Source: Vicugna vicugna | Taxonomy: Eukaryota | Direction: 5' to 3' | NCBI GenBank assembly: GCA_013265495.1 | Contig: MU061560.1 | Span: 124,001 to 188,000 of the forward strand | DNA: 64,000 nt | Part shown: in pieces, positions 1 to 12,699 of the stretch | Layout of the letters: every line of letters starts with the position of its first letter | Position numbering within the stretch: the first letter of the stretch is position 1 | Program-made: the position numbers and the translations under genes | Notes under the pieces: model-generated | Databases searched by the model: none | Told to the model about the DNA's origin: nothing | Seen by the model: the letters and a program-made list of their open reading frames with translations, nothing else

Positions 1-69
1 CCCAACACCTTGTCTCCTTATTTATTGGCCTGTCATGTGGCGGGCAGAACAAGTTTGTACTCGGTAACA
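1..69 (+). mobile_element. 3' end of an ERV1-type LTR
   Basis: Ends ...TTTGTACTCGGTAACA, similar to the LTR 3' ends at ~3636 and ~50954. Confidence 0.55.
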
Positions 70-436
70 AGGACCAGACTTACACTTACCACATTCATGG
101 GTAGAATTCAGGAATACCATAAATGGATGGCAAAACGATTAACTCTATTTTCACTAAAAATTTACTGAAATGTATCATTTCCTTCAATTATAAATGTTGG
201 CAACAAAGCCACAGAAATACAGCAGTATTAACAGTAAACTTTTCACCATAAAATCATAGGTATTCTTATTAGAGTTAATGCAGATAGTCTTGAAATATCA
301 TTTATGGTCATTTTCAAAGTCACAGTTACTAGATTTGCTACTACATCGTATTTACCGAGTTAATAAACACCTATCGTATTACACATTTGTTGTTTAAAAC
401 ATTTTGCTTTCATGTTGAATTAATTTACTTTGTAAC

Positions 437-528
437 CTTTTAAATTTTTTATTTTATTTTTTAGTGAAGGTACTGGAGATTGAACCCATGACCTAGTGCA
501 TGCTTAGCACTGAGCTATACCCTGCCCC
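437..528 (-). mobile_element. tRNA-derived SINE (Vic-1-like)
   Basis: Reverse complement of the GGGTATAGCTCAGTG..GGTTCAATCTCCAGTACC head; flanked by direct repeat ATTTACTTTGTAA (423-435, 529-541). Confidence 0.8.
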
Positions 529-1596
529 ATTTACTTTGTAATCTTACATATCTTATTTTAAACTTTACAAAACGTTATTCTAAGAAGGGCCTATAGGTTC
601 CAACAAACTGCCGAAGAGATTTATGGCACAAGAAAGGAGAACTACTCCAGCTTTCAGGAATAGTTTTCCTTTGTGAGGCTGAAATTAGGTTACTGCAACT
701 TCCACATTCCAATCCAAGCAAACAAAGGGAAAGGAATTTCAGGGTAAGCCATCCCTTAGGCAGAAGTTACATACAACGTTTCTGCTCTTATGTCATTATG
801 AGAATTGAAATGTGGCAATACTTAGCTGCAAGGGAGGCTTGGGGACTGTGTTCTCCAGTTAAGTGACCTTGTACCTAGCTAAATATTACTCATTGGAAGG
901 AAAAACAGAATATAGGGGGCAACTGAGAAAAGAAAAAGAAAAAATGACCTCATTTACCTCTTAAATGGATATTAAGCATCTTTTGTACAAAATTCTTAGT
1001 ATATACTGACACGCTAATGATGTCATGCACTTTTCTAAAACACGTTTTATAAGTTTAGGAGTTAACAACCCTTGTGGTTAAGTATTATGCTCTTGAACAT
1101 TGAGATATCATTTATAGCGAAAATAATTTGACCTGAGACAGACTTTGCTTTTGACTGTTGTGAAACACAAGGAGAGGATGTGTAATTTATAATTACACAT
1201 AATGGCATAGAACCAGCTAATCTTTTGGGGGATCTTTCCTTAGCCTGACCAGTTGGATAACAAGGTTCTTTGTTTGGCATCCAGAGTTATAAATATCTTA
1301 AAAAGAAGGCACCTCCACCTCCAGCCCTGGAGTGAACAACTTTCAGGTCCTGGAGACGGTGTACTCCCCTTGCAAGTCTCCTTGCTGGTGACCTTTCAGG
1401 GCTGCTATATTGACAAATGTCAGCTGCACTTTAGGACTTGTGGGAAGATCACACTTCTGGAAAATCAGACAAGCTTTATTTATCTAAAGGAGACAGAAGA
1501 AAGCACACACATGGGGCAAGGATACACAGCAGAGAGACCAGCAACTTCACCCCAAATAGCGTTGTAGCTTCCTGGGCACTACATCTTGCTGGGCAG

Positions 1597-2098
1597 TGTC
1601 AATGAAAATAATCAATAAACAATAAGAATGGAGGAGATTAGCCTGGAAGGATTAGCCTGGAAGCCTGCTTCCCAGATTATTCTGAGAAACTGCTCCAGAG
1701 AAGCATGGTTTCCAGCACAGTTTTATATCTTATCAGAACAAAGAATATTAAAATCAAAGAAACGTTTCTTCACAGCTTAAAACAACGACAACAAAACCAG
1801 TCCAGCATGTACACATACCGCATGTACAGTGTGGCCTTGGCACCTGGGAAGGGTGTCTTATCATCAAAGGAGGACCAGCTTGGTGTCCCAGGAAAAGGGG
1901 TATTTAATCTTTATTTTTAACATGGGCATTCTTTACTTCTGGTCACCGTGCCCTTTACTTTAATAATTAAAGCAGATGTACAAGGCATGTTTGATAGGCC
2001 ACAAACAGGCTATTTTAGTTAACATAAAATTCAAGTTAACTCATGTACAAGCCAGAATGATTTCCCTGTATCTCCACATGTGAAATTTTCTTTTATCA
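1597..2098 (-). mobile_element. Solo LTR (ERV1-like) nested in an older LTR-like sequence
   Basis: TG...CA termini, near 4-bp TSD (GCAG/GCAT), internal 14-bp tandem duplication GATTAGCCTGGAAG at 1636-1663. Confidence 0.55.
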
Positions 2099-2393
2099 GC
2101 ATTAAGCCCTCCATAGGCTATATAGGAGTGGGGTCCATATCAGATTTCCTTGCACCAAAACTCCTTTTTTTCTTGGGTTCACTTCTGTTTGCTGACCTGT
2201 GTGGCTTAGGCTCTGGAAAACACATTATGTGAGGCAATTATACCACTCCATGTTCTAGGAGCTGCTTTTAATTATATATTGATTCATATTACTATCTCAA
2301 CAATCCTTTGAGTAAGTATTAGCATCATTCTTACTTTACAAATGAGAAAACTGAACGGACACAGGTTAAGTGATCTTCCCAAAGTTGTATGTC

Positions 2394-2866
2394 TGTTACT
2401 GAACACAAGTTCATGTGCCCAACACACACAGCCCAAACAAATCAAAACACTGGAGTTTGGAGCAGACAAAAGTTTATTGCGGGTCGAGCTAAGAGGACAG
2501 GGAGCCCATGCCCAAGAAAACCCTGAACTCCTTGAAGGGTTTCAGCTAAGTATTTTTAAAGGCCAGACTGGGGGTGGGGGTCACAGGTTACATGATCAAC
2601 TTGTGCACAATCTTCTGATTGGTTGATAGTGGGGTAACAGTCAGTCAACACTATCAACCCCTAGGCGCCAGAAGGTCTGGGGGATCACGTGCTCAAGATC
2701 ACCCAGTAGTTAATTTCTTCCATTTGGTGGTGGTTTTTAGCATCTGAAAAACTCAGGAAATACGCATGAGATACTGTATCTGGGGACTTCAGAGAGAAGC
2801 TACAGCAGAGGATATGGGGGAGGGGGTCTGACCCAGAAAGGCCCCACAGGGTCCTGCTCAGTTCCA
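2394..2866 (-). mobile_element. Solo LTR, same family as 50442-50954
   Basis: Starts TGTTACTGAAC, reverse polyA signal TTTATT at ~2473, and extensive inverted similarity to 50442-50954. Confidence 0.7.
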
Positions 2867-2999
2867 TGTCTAGTGAGTGGCAGAACCTTGATCTGAACCT
2901 TAAGAGGGCAAAGGAATACCCTGTACCCCACACTGCAAGAACTAACCACCTTGTCCTTTCTCATTCATACTCACTCGGATAGGATTCCCTTCTTTTCTC

Positions 3000-3951
3000 T
3001 GTTGACTTTAAAAATAAAAGTTATTTTACCAGCAGAAATGGGTTTATTTGGGAACAGCAGAGGAACTGTAACAGAGAAGAACAAACCTGACTCCACACTG
3101 GGTCTATTCTTTTAGCTCCAACTTTTGTGCTCTGTTGCCTGTGCTTAGTCATGCTGGCTCTGCACCTTTGCCTCATCAATCAGTAAAAGAATGTTGCCAA
3201 TAGTATGAAATATACATGATCACCCTGTTTTTCAAGGCTCTGCCTCCCAGGCTTGACCTTTAAAGCCATAACACTTCTCATTCACATAGAGATAAAAAGT
3301 TGCAGAACAGAAAATAACATTTGTCTTATTGGAGGTTTACAGGAACATCCTGACCAAACCAACATGGATAGCTGCAAGAACAGAGGATTATCATATCCCC
3401 TCCTGGGTCTGGCCGGCACCAAGAAGTCTGCAGTAACTAGCCACACCCTTTTCCCTTTTAGGATAAGAAAAGTCTGAATTCTAACTTGGATAAGATGGTT
3501 CTTTGGGATAGTGTTCCACCATGTTGTCTGTTTGCTGGCTTTCTGAATAAAGTCCCTGTTCCTTGCCCCAACACCTCTTCTTCTTTATTTTATTGTTCTG
3601 TCATGGGGTGAGCAGCATAAATTTGGACTCAGTAACCAAATTGCAATTCAGGACAAGCGAGCTATAGCAAAAGCCATAGGCAAGTCCCACAAAGGAGAGT
3701 TACTTTACAGAGAAAAAGGAGGAATTTGGGGTGAGTTCTTCTGAAGGAAAGCTGATGATAGTCTCTCATTGGCTAAGTTGCTGGGGTAGTCAATTTCTTA
3801 GAGGAGATGCAATGTACAGCTTTTCCTGTTGGGGCCTGTAATTGACAGTTCTTCCTGTTATGGACATGGAGTGGCACTATACTGCCAGAGGGCTCCCCCT
3901 TCTGGCCTCCCACGTTCATTTTGGAGACATCTCCCTCGATTAATTTTCACA
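3000..3951. mobile_element. Nested LTRs: + strand LTR (~3067-3637) inserted in a - strand LTR
   Basis: Inner TGTAACAG...AATAAAGT...TTTGGACTCAGTAAC; outer TGTTGAC..TTTATT.. and ..TTTTCACA. Confidence 0.55.
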
Positions 3952-4129
3952 ACTTTCTCCCTATAAAAACCCTCCTACAAAAACAGTCTACTTCCTTTTA
4001 TTTGAAAAGGTTCCCCTGCATTAACAGATGTTTCCCCTTGTTAGAAATACGTGTTTTCATCCCTGACTTAGACTTACTGAGTCAGCAATTTCGCAGGTGG
4101 TGCTGTTCAGTCCCTCTTTAAGAAGAGAT

Positions 4130-4640
4130 TCTGACGCACGTTAAAGACCGTTTTCTCCGTCAGATACGAGGAACCTGCCTTGCGAATTCGGTGGATGAGT
4201 GGAGGGCGGGGCCGGCCCCAGACGCTGGTCATCCGAGCGGCACTAGGACCCGGGGGCCGGGACCGCGGCCCGCGTCGGCCTGACGCGCTCCCGGGGCGGG
4301 GCCCAGCTGTTCCGGTAGCGGGGCCTCCTGCGCGGCCCGCCCCTGAGGGCGGACCCGAGCTGACTTAAAACTCCGGGGCCGCGGGGCCGGCGCGTCCTCC
4401 CCGCTCGTCCAGGCTGGGCTGTGCGCCGGTCGGTAAGTGAGAGACCAGTTCGCGGCCGCCGCTCACGGGTCTTCTCGGGTCCGCGGCGGGGCGGGGGGCG
4501 CCGGGAGCCCGGGTGCCCGCGCCCGGGGCGGGCCGGGCCGGGCCGAGCGTTTTTAGCCCCGCCGGGAGGGCGGCGCCTCGCCGGGCGTCCTCTGCCGCTC
4601 GCCCCGCTCCTTGCGGTAGGACAGCGGAGATGCGTTTTGC
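4130..4640 (+). promoter_or_regulatory. RESF1: CpG-island promoter of RESF1
   Basis: Very GC/CpG-rich stretch with several GC boxes (GGGCGG/CCGCCC), TGACG half-sites near 4132 and 4281, and a TATA-like TTAAAA at 4365-4370 just upstream of a strong GTAAGT donor at 4433. Confidence 0.85.
4390..4432 (+). other. RESF1: RESF1 first exon (5'UTR); start approximate
   Basis: Ends at donor TCG|GTAAGT (GT at 4433) inside the CpG island. The TSS is inferred about 25 nt after TTAAAA. Confidence 0.6.
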
Positions 4641-5580
4641 TAAACTCTAAGGCGGTTGGTTGGGCTGGCGAGTGTCAGACTAGCCTGTGTTTTTAATTGC
4701 TTCCTGTCGCTGGCGTGGAAAGAAGAAAAATCTTTGTTTTGCATTTGTTTCTCAAGTGTTCCCTCCCTCCCCGCCCCCATTATGCTGAACCTCCCGGAGC
4801 AGTGTTGCTCCCCTTGCATCTCCAGGTGGCCCGCCAACACGCTTGTGTCGGACACGCTTTCTGATCCTCAGCAATAGTTAGTTCCTGGAGGCATTTTTAA
4901 GTGCACGAATGCCTACCGGTTTTAGGTGTTCCCGAGGGACGCGAATTCTCTAAGCAGGGTCCTGAGTTCAGCCACAAGCTTTCGTGGAATCGTTTCAGTG
5001 AAAACGTTTTGTTTGTAATACTTTCAGTACCTGTACCGTCAAAATAAAGAGAACAGCAGGTGATGAGAATGAACTTGGTGGGTGCATTTTAATAGGCAGG
5101 TCGGCAGAGCTTGTTTGGGGATTTTTCTGATGATTGTGTTAGCTGTGAATCATATATAAGTTTTATTCAGCGTTAACGTGCATGAATCCCTTAAGATTTT
5201 ACTGGCTTTTTTTTTTCCTGTAAACAATCGGATTATCTTTTACTGATCCAGTAAAGAAAATTGGTAAGTTAAGCTGCTGTTAGGTTAACAGTGGGCCAGG
5301 AGAAGCGCACATGAATTCTCACTTAAAAAGTGAATGAATGGTATTTTAAGGCAGACGCAGTTTGTTACTTTGCGGTCTTAATAAGAATTCTGTAAACTTA
5401 GTGTGCTTTTGGTGCAACCTTAAGGAACACAGATTTGTTCCTTATGGTTGCCACATCAAGTAATCAGATTAGTATGTATTCTAATTATGACTTTAATATG
5501 AATTTCATATAAATAAAAATATAATTATACATTTTACATTAAATTACTGTTAATTATAAAATGTTTATTGCTGTCGGTAG

Positions 5581-5672
5581 GACCAAAGACGTAAACACTG
5601 TATGGAGCGGACCTGAGGTGTTGGGAGGGAAATGGGGACATATACAGTAATGAAAGAAAAACATATTTAAAG
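5581..5672 (+). other. RESF1: Probable RESF1 5'UTR exon 2
   Basis: Acceptor GGTAG| at 5580 and strong donor AAG|GTAAGT at 5673, in non-repeat sequence ~1.1 kb after exon 1. Confidence 0.65.
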
Positions 5673-6892
5673 GTAAGTGTGTCATCTCGAAGTAGTCTAC
5701 TCTAATTTATGTTATGGAATAAAATTATTAATTTGAATCAGTATTGGTTGAATATTAAACTATAGGACAATGGATTTGGTGACAAAGCTTTAGGAAAAAC
5801 TGTATGGTTGGCATATCATGGAGAAATCAGTTTATCTTTGCAAGATAAGGAATAGGAGATTATGGTGAGATAACTGGTCTTAAGTAACTGAGGAAGAGGT
5901 CCACTTAAAAGTGTTCTCTATGTGGTCTGCTTGTTTATTTTTTAAGTTTATGATTTCTGGCACATGGGGGAAAGGCAGCCCAGAGCACAAGTCTGGAAGA
6001 GCCAGTCCATAAAATATCAACCTAGAAAGCCAGAGTGATTCTTTCCAGGGCTTCTGGCCTGTAATCACCAAGTAATGTTAGGAGACCTTCAACAGTGATT
6101 AAGGCCATAGTCCCTGCAATCTGACTGCTGAGCGGCAGATCTTGGCTCTCACTTGCCATCTGTGCAACCTTGGGAAAGTCATTTAACTTCTCTGCCTCAG
6201 TTTCACCTGTGAAAAGGGGGTAACAGTAGTACCTACTTCAGAGGATTATTGTGATAAGTTAATGAACCTCATAGATACACTTGGAAGAGCTCCTGGTATA
6301 TGGTAAGTGCTCAGTAAACTTTAGCTTTTGTCATGTTAGAGGAAATATATTTTATGGCCTATGTAAATTAACACTATGTCTTATAGAAGATTCAGTTTGC
6401 TCATTTAAGCTCTAAATCATCAACTATGTGCGGACTAGACCCTCCACTGTAGATCATGTTGTAGCTTCTGTTTTTTGTAAGGAAGTACAAGACACAACTC
6501 TAGTTTTTGCCTGCAGGCAAATTTGAACCTATGTCTCTATTAAATTTTCCAGCCAGGGCAGATTTTTCCAAAAACCTTATTTTCCATATTCTGTGATATA
6601 CAGGAATCTCTTCCCATTTGGATTATCAGTGTCTTGGAAGGAAGGCACGTGTTTAAAGAATTGATCCAATTTGATGTTTAAAAAGGGTATTTATAAAGAT
6701 AAATTCCACGAAAAATTTTTTTTCAATCAGGTCTTCACCAACCCCCTCCTCCCCCCATGAAGTCATTCTTTGTTTGGAATAAACTTGGAAAACATTGAAT
6801 TTAAGATAACGAGACTACAATTTACCAACCCTGTCTCTGTAAAGCAAGTTAAATTTTACTTTGTAATAAGCCTTGTAAAGAAGTGATGCTTT

Positions 6893-7204
6893 CAATGGAA
6901 TTGTAGCCATTGTCTTGTAATAACTTTTAATGGCGTGTAACCTGTAAAAGTACCAAACAAAGCACGGTGTCGTTCACCTGAAGTGGATATTGTAGATCAA
7001 CAAATACTTCAATTTTTAAAAATGGGGGGAAGAGGTAGCTCAGTGGTAGAGTGCCTGCCTAGCGAGTACAAGGTCCTGGGTTCAATCCCCAGCACCTCCA
7101 CTTAAAAAATAAGTAAATAAATAAACCTAGTTACCTCTTTTCCTAAAAAAAAAAAAAGAAAGAAAGAAAGCTATATTTCCCATCCTTAAAAAAAGAAAAG
7201 AAAA
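6893..7204 (+). mobile_element. L1 3'-end fragment with a Vic-1-like SINE (7023-7204) in its A-tail
   Basis: 16-bp TSD AAAGAAGTGATGCTTT at 6877-6892 and 7205-7220; SINE A/B boxes TAGCTCAGTGG and GGTTCAATCC. Confidence 0.8.
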
Positions 7205-10049
7205 AAAGAAGTGATGCTTTGTTGGGAGGCAGCTATGTAGTGTCTCTCCTTAATTCCGAAGAGTGCTTGTGAATTGAAGGGCAGTGTTACAGGCTGGCCC
7301 GTTGAGGTACATGTCTCCAGTGGGGCATTTGCTCATAGTTATAATGAGTGCAAAGATTTAATGACAATCACTAAGATTCTCTTGAGATGTATTAAATTAC
7401 AAGACTTCATTTGTAAATAAAATACTCACTTGTGGTTGAAATTGCAGAGTATGTTATAAGAAGTTATATTGTCCATTGTTTTAAGAGACAGAAATTATAA
7501 GCAAATTATTATTTTTTTAAGCCCACAAAGAGAATTCATTGGGTCACATAACTTAAAAGTTCATGTAGCTTGACTTTCAGGTTTTGCTGGATCCAGCATC
7601 TGAATCTGAAAGAAAGTGTTAAAAACTTGAGACACTCTTTGAGCTCTGCTGTCTTCAGCATTGACTTCATTCTCAGGCTACCTCCCTTCACTGGGTGGCA
7701 CTAGCATCCAGGTATACAGCCAGTCAGCTTCCTTTTGTCTGGTTGCTCCCCCAGAAGTCTGTAATCAGATTCATTGATGCCCTTTGCATCACGTGCCCCA
7801 GTGTGTGCTAACAACCGGGAAATGTTTTGTTAAACTACAGTTTACAGATGTAATTCATATATCACTTTTATATAATTCACTTTACCCATTTACAGTGTAC
7901 AGTGGTTTTGCAAATGTTCAGAGTATACAAACCATTACCACAGTCACTGTGGAACATTTTCTGGCCCCTAAAAAGAATCTCCATACTCATTAACAGTTGC
8001 TCTCCATTCTCCCCCAAACCACCCATCTGCAGGCAACCATTCATCTAGTTCTACCTCTGGATTTGTGAATTCTGAACATTACTTGTAATATCATAATGTG
8101 TGGTCTTTTGTGACTCCTCTCACCTGGCGTGATGTTTTCAAGGTTCATTCATCTTGAAGCACATATGAACTTTATTCCTTTTTATCGCCAAGTGCTAATT
8201 CCTTTGTATGGATAGGCCACATTTTGTTTATCCTTTCACCAGTTAACAGACATTTGGATTAGGATTGTTTCTTTGTGGCTACTCTGAATAATGCTGTCAT
8301 GAGCATTCATTCATGTACAAGTGTTAGCATGGACATACATTTTCGGTTCTCTTAGGTATACCTAGTGAAGTTGCTGTCGTGTCATGTGAGAACGATATTT
8401 GACCTTTTCAGAAATTGCCAGACTGACTGTTTTTGATGAACCATAGACATTCTCGACAGCAATGCATAGGAGTTACTTTGTCCACATACTTACTAACACT
8501 TGTCTTTTTGATAAGCTATCGTGGTGAGCATTAAGTGGTATCCTGTGATTTTTCTTAAATTGCCTTCTTTTGGTGATTAATGATGTTGAGCATCTTTTTG
8601 TGTGCATCTTGGCTGTTGTTATATCTTTGGGGAAAGTGTCTATTCAAAACCGTGTTGACTTTAAACTCGAGTTGTCTTTATAAAAATTATCAAGGTGTGA
8701 GAGTTCTTAAAATATTCTGGATTCTGGTTTCTCTCTAGTGATTGTATATGTGAGGGTTTATTTTTGGATTCTACTCCATTGATCAGTGTTCATCCTAAGC
8801 CAGTCCCACATGGTCTTGTTTACTGTAGTTTTGTAAGTTTTGAAATTGGAAGTGTGAGTCCTCCAACTTCATACTCTTTTTCAAAATGAATTTTAGTGTC
8901 AGATTCTCAATTTCTGTGAAGGAGACATCTGGACTTTGGTAAGGGTTATACTGAATCTGTAGATCAATTTGGGGAGTATTGCCACCTTGAGAGAATTAAA
9001 TCTTCCAGTCTGTGAATGTGGGATGTTTTTCCATTTATTTAGGTCTGTAATTTCTTTTGGCAATGTTTTATAATGTTCAGAGTGCAAGTTTTTCCCTTTT
9101 GATAAATGTATCCCCAAGTGTTCCATTCTTTTTGCTGTTACTGTCAGCAGAATTGTTTTCTTTTCTAGATTGTTACTATATACTTTTGAGTTTCGTGTAT
9201 TCAGCTTTTATTGGGCAACCTAACCAATCTAGTTCTATTAGTTTTTTAGTGGATTCCTTGAAATTTTCTGTATACAAAATGTTATCTGCAAGTAGAGATA
9301 GAGTAACTTATCCATTTCCAATCTGGATGCCTTACTCCTTTTTTCTTTTTGCCAGCTGCCATGGCTAGAACCTCCAGTACAGTGTTGAATAGACAGGGGC
9401 AGATATCCTTGTCTGGTTTCTGATCTTGCAGAGGGAGACTGTCCAGTCTTTAAAGCTATGGGGGTTTTTTTGTAGATACCTTTTGTCAATTGGAGGAAAT
9501 TCCCCTCAATTTCTAGTTTTAGTAATTTTAGTAATTTTATCTGAAAGAGTGCTGGATTTTAGGATGCATTTAACTTCACTCATATTAGATGCTTTTTCTA
9601 CATCTGCTTGCAATGACCATGTGGTTTGTGTCCTTTATTCTACTGATGTGTTATATGGCATCGATTCAGTATAAACAGTCTTGCATTTCTGGGAAAAGTC
9701 CCACTTGGTCATGGCATATAATTATTTTTATATGCTGTTGTGTTTCGTTTGCTAGTATCTTGTTGAGGATATTTGCATCTGTATTCATAGCAGGTTGGTC
9801 TGTAGTTTTATTGTGATTTTTTTTCTTTCTTTCTGATTTTGGCATTAAGGTAACATTGGCCTCCAAGTTGATTTGGGAAGTATTCCCTCCTCTTTTATGT
9901 TTTGAAAGGTTTTATAGAACGGATTTTACATCCTTAAATTTTTGGTGTGGATCACCAGAAAGCCATCAGGACCTAGCCATTTCTTTTAGGGTTGTTTTTG
10001 GTTACTAATTCAGTTTCTTTATAGGTTTCTTCAGATTCCATGTGGCTTG

Positions 10050-11257
10050 AGTTGGTTTTGGTCAATTTGGGAATTCTGCACCCAATTCCAGTGGATATAA
10101 AGGGGGGGGTTCCCCTCACATCACCAACAGGCAGTTGTCTGGGGACACTAGTTGGGTGTTTGCAGTTCAGCTGAATTCTGACACTACCTGGAAATGGTAT
10201 CAGATTCCACACACTGAGGGCTCAGCGCCACAAGTCGCCTCACCCCACACCTCAGACACACAGGCCCACATGGTCACCTGTGCTTCTGACTGGTTACAGA
10301 TTGGAGGTTCCCAGGCCCCAAGCCCAGGTTGTTACTGTACTTCTGATTGACTGATTTGAGGTTTCCAAGACCCCCCTCTTCAATTAATTTGCTAGAGTGG
10401 CTTACAGAACTCCGGAACATTTTACTTACTGGTTTATTGCAAAGGATGTTAAAAGAGTATTGTTACACAGTATTCAACCGAATAAAAAACTGAAAATCTA
10501 ATGGGCTTTATTCAGCATTTCATGAATCGGGGCAGCATCGCCTCTAGTAAATAGGAACTCCCGAGGAGCTGCACAAAACGGAAGGCTCTTTTAGGAGCAG
10601 GGGCGGGACAAGGAGGTTATTAGCAAGAGAAAAGAAAGTATTGTTTCAGGCAAGGTTACCTCACTAGTGCTGACCAGGAAATTCCAGAAATTTAATTCCT
10701 GGGAGATGTTGAAACTATAATTAAGTCATGGTTTGCTGTCCTGGGGGCAAGTGGTTCCAACCTGGGGCCTGTTGTTTCCTTTTTCTTTTTTTTAACAATA
10801 GGAATTAGCACCCAGATGGACCGGATGTGTAGGGTGATGAGGTATGTGGGAGAGGGTGTGGGAGCATCTGTGTCATTCTCCAGATCTTGTGTTCACCAAC
10901 CCTGAAGCTCCCTGATCTTGTCCTTTTTGGGTTTTTATGGAGACCTCTTTACAGTCAAGATTCATGAAATCAGTGGCCATTGGTGACTGAGTGGACCTCC
11001 AGCTTCTCTCCCCTCCCTGGAGCTGTGTAGGGGGAGGAAGCTGGAGGGGAGGGGATGGGAACCCTCTAATTGTCTGGTTGGTCCTCCTGGCACCTAGCCC
11101 CCATCCTTAGGTGCTGTCTAGAAGTCACCTCACTGATGCAACAAAAGACACCTTTATCACTCACTACTTGACAATCTGAGGGTTTTAGGAGTTCTGGTGC
11201 CAGAAATGAGCATGAAGACCAAATAATACATTTCTTATTATAAATTACACTGTCGCA
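10050..11257. mobile_element. MER21-like LTR with a second LTR nested at ~10461-10798
   Basis: MER21-type motifs (AATTCTGACACTACCTGG..CAGATTCCACA..GAGGGCTCAG; AAAAGACACCTTTATCACT); inner element TGTTAC...TTTAACA. Confidence 0.65.
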
Positions 11258-11336
11258 GGTGTTTGTCCTGTTCATCCAAATGGTCGAGTATATTAGCATA
11301 CAGTTAATAGTATCTCATTTTTAAAAATTTTAAAAT

Positions 11337-11470
11337 TTATTTTACTTACTTCTTGAAGGGGGAGGTAATTAGGTTTACTTATTTATTTTTAGAGGAGGTA
11401 CTGGGGATTGAACCCAGGACCTGTGCACACTAAGCATGTGCTCTACCACTGAGCTATATCCTCCCCCCTA
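11337..11470 (-). mobile_element. Vic-1-like SINE
   Basis: GGAGGTACTGGGGATTGAACCCAGGACC...CTACCACTGAGCTATA. Confidence 0.85.
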
Positions 11471-11964
11471 CTTATTTTACTTACTTCTTGAAGGGGGAGG
11501 TATATTCTCGTGGCTAAAGTTTGACAGCAGAGGATGCAATATGGAAAGAGGAAAAAGATAATGCATAGGCAAAGTCCACAGAAGTCAGTGCAGGCTTCCA
11601 GAGGTATCACTTTTTTTTTAATATAAGGTTGGTAATAATGCCCTTATTCCTGATTGTAGGAATTTTTTCATTTTGAGCCTTTTTTCTTGATCAGTCTAGC
11701 TAAAAACTTATCAATTCTGTTGATCTTTTCAAAGACCCATCTTGTAGTTTTGTTCATTTTCTCTATTTTTGTATTCTCGTGGCTAAAGTTTGACAGCAGA
11801 GGATGCAATATGGAAAGAGGAAAAAGATAATGCATAGGCAAAGTCCACAGAAGTCAGTGCAGGCTTCCAGGTCCTGCTCCAGGAGAGCTGCTTCATGCTT
11901 CCTCTGCAGCTGGACACGGCAGGCGCACATGGTCTCTGGAGGCATTGATAAACACAGTAACAAA

Positions 11965-12260
11965 TTCTTGAAGATCCCAAAGAACGTTTGTTTATGTAGG
12001 TTATATCAGTATTTCCTTCATTAGAAACCAAAGCTGAGACACTTCTAAAAAATCATTTCATTGAAAAGTAACAAAAAATTCTTACATATTAATGTAAATG
12101 TTGTCCAAAACAGTAGAAAACCATAGTAACAAGAGTGGTGTTGTTTTGTGTTTTTGCAAAGCTCTTTAGTATCTTTCTTGGTAGGAAATAGTTGGATTCT
12201 CCTATCTGCTTCTGCATGTAATGTTTTGCTACTTGTTATTTTAGTTAGAAGTTGTTGAAG
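11965..12260. mobile_element. hAT-Charlie DNA transposon fragment
   Basis: Charlie1-like motifs (GAAGATCCCAAAGA..TTTGTTTATGT; AAGAGTGGTGTTGTTTTGTGTTTTTGCAAA..GGATTCTC); inverted similarity to 33020-33090 and 37990-38070. Confidence 0.65.
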
Positions 12261-12699
12261 GGTGTTTATTGGATGACAGAAATTCGTTTCTGGTAGGTCA
12301 CTGCTGCATTATGCCCCTAAACATTCACTGCCACAGTTCCTACCCGCTTTCACGTTTTCCTTCTACGTGCTCATGTCATTGGGCAAAGTGTCGTGGCTTG
12401 GGTGGCTTAGAGCCTGGGGCTGGTCAGTGTACAGCAGTGGTTGCCATTCTTTCTCATCCTGCAAAACTTGAATGGCTCCCCTTTGCTTGTTAGGGAAGGA
12501 AGACACTGCTGATCATGGGGGTAGGGGGCGCACAGAAACCTTTCAGCTAGTTCACCCCGGATTCTTGCCACCATCTGCACCAGGGGATGCTGCTGGCCGA
12601 TGGAAGGTCTGAATCTAAGGACAGTTGAGGGAACAGCTGCTGACTTTGGGAGTGGATGTCCTTGGAGCTGTGTCCTTGGGCTGAGGCCTGAATACTTCA

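Larger units (their letters stand above)
7830..11770 (-). mobile_element. Old L1 (ORF2 3' part plus 3'UTR) interrupted by LTRs and a SINE
   Basis: Minus-strand ORF fragments resemble L1 ORF2 ([47 protein letters not shown]). Confidence 0.85.

Noticed and set aside
7023..7100. tRNA-Ala-like sequences here and at about a dozen other sites
   Set aside because: Each carries the same SINE body and tail, often with a TSD, and a diverged cloverleaf; they are SINEs, not tRNA genes.
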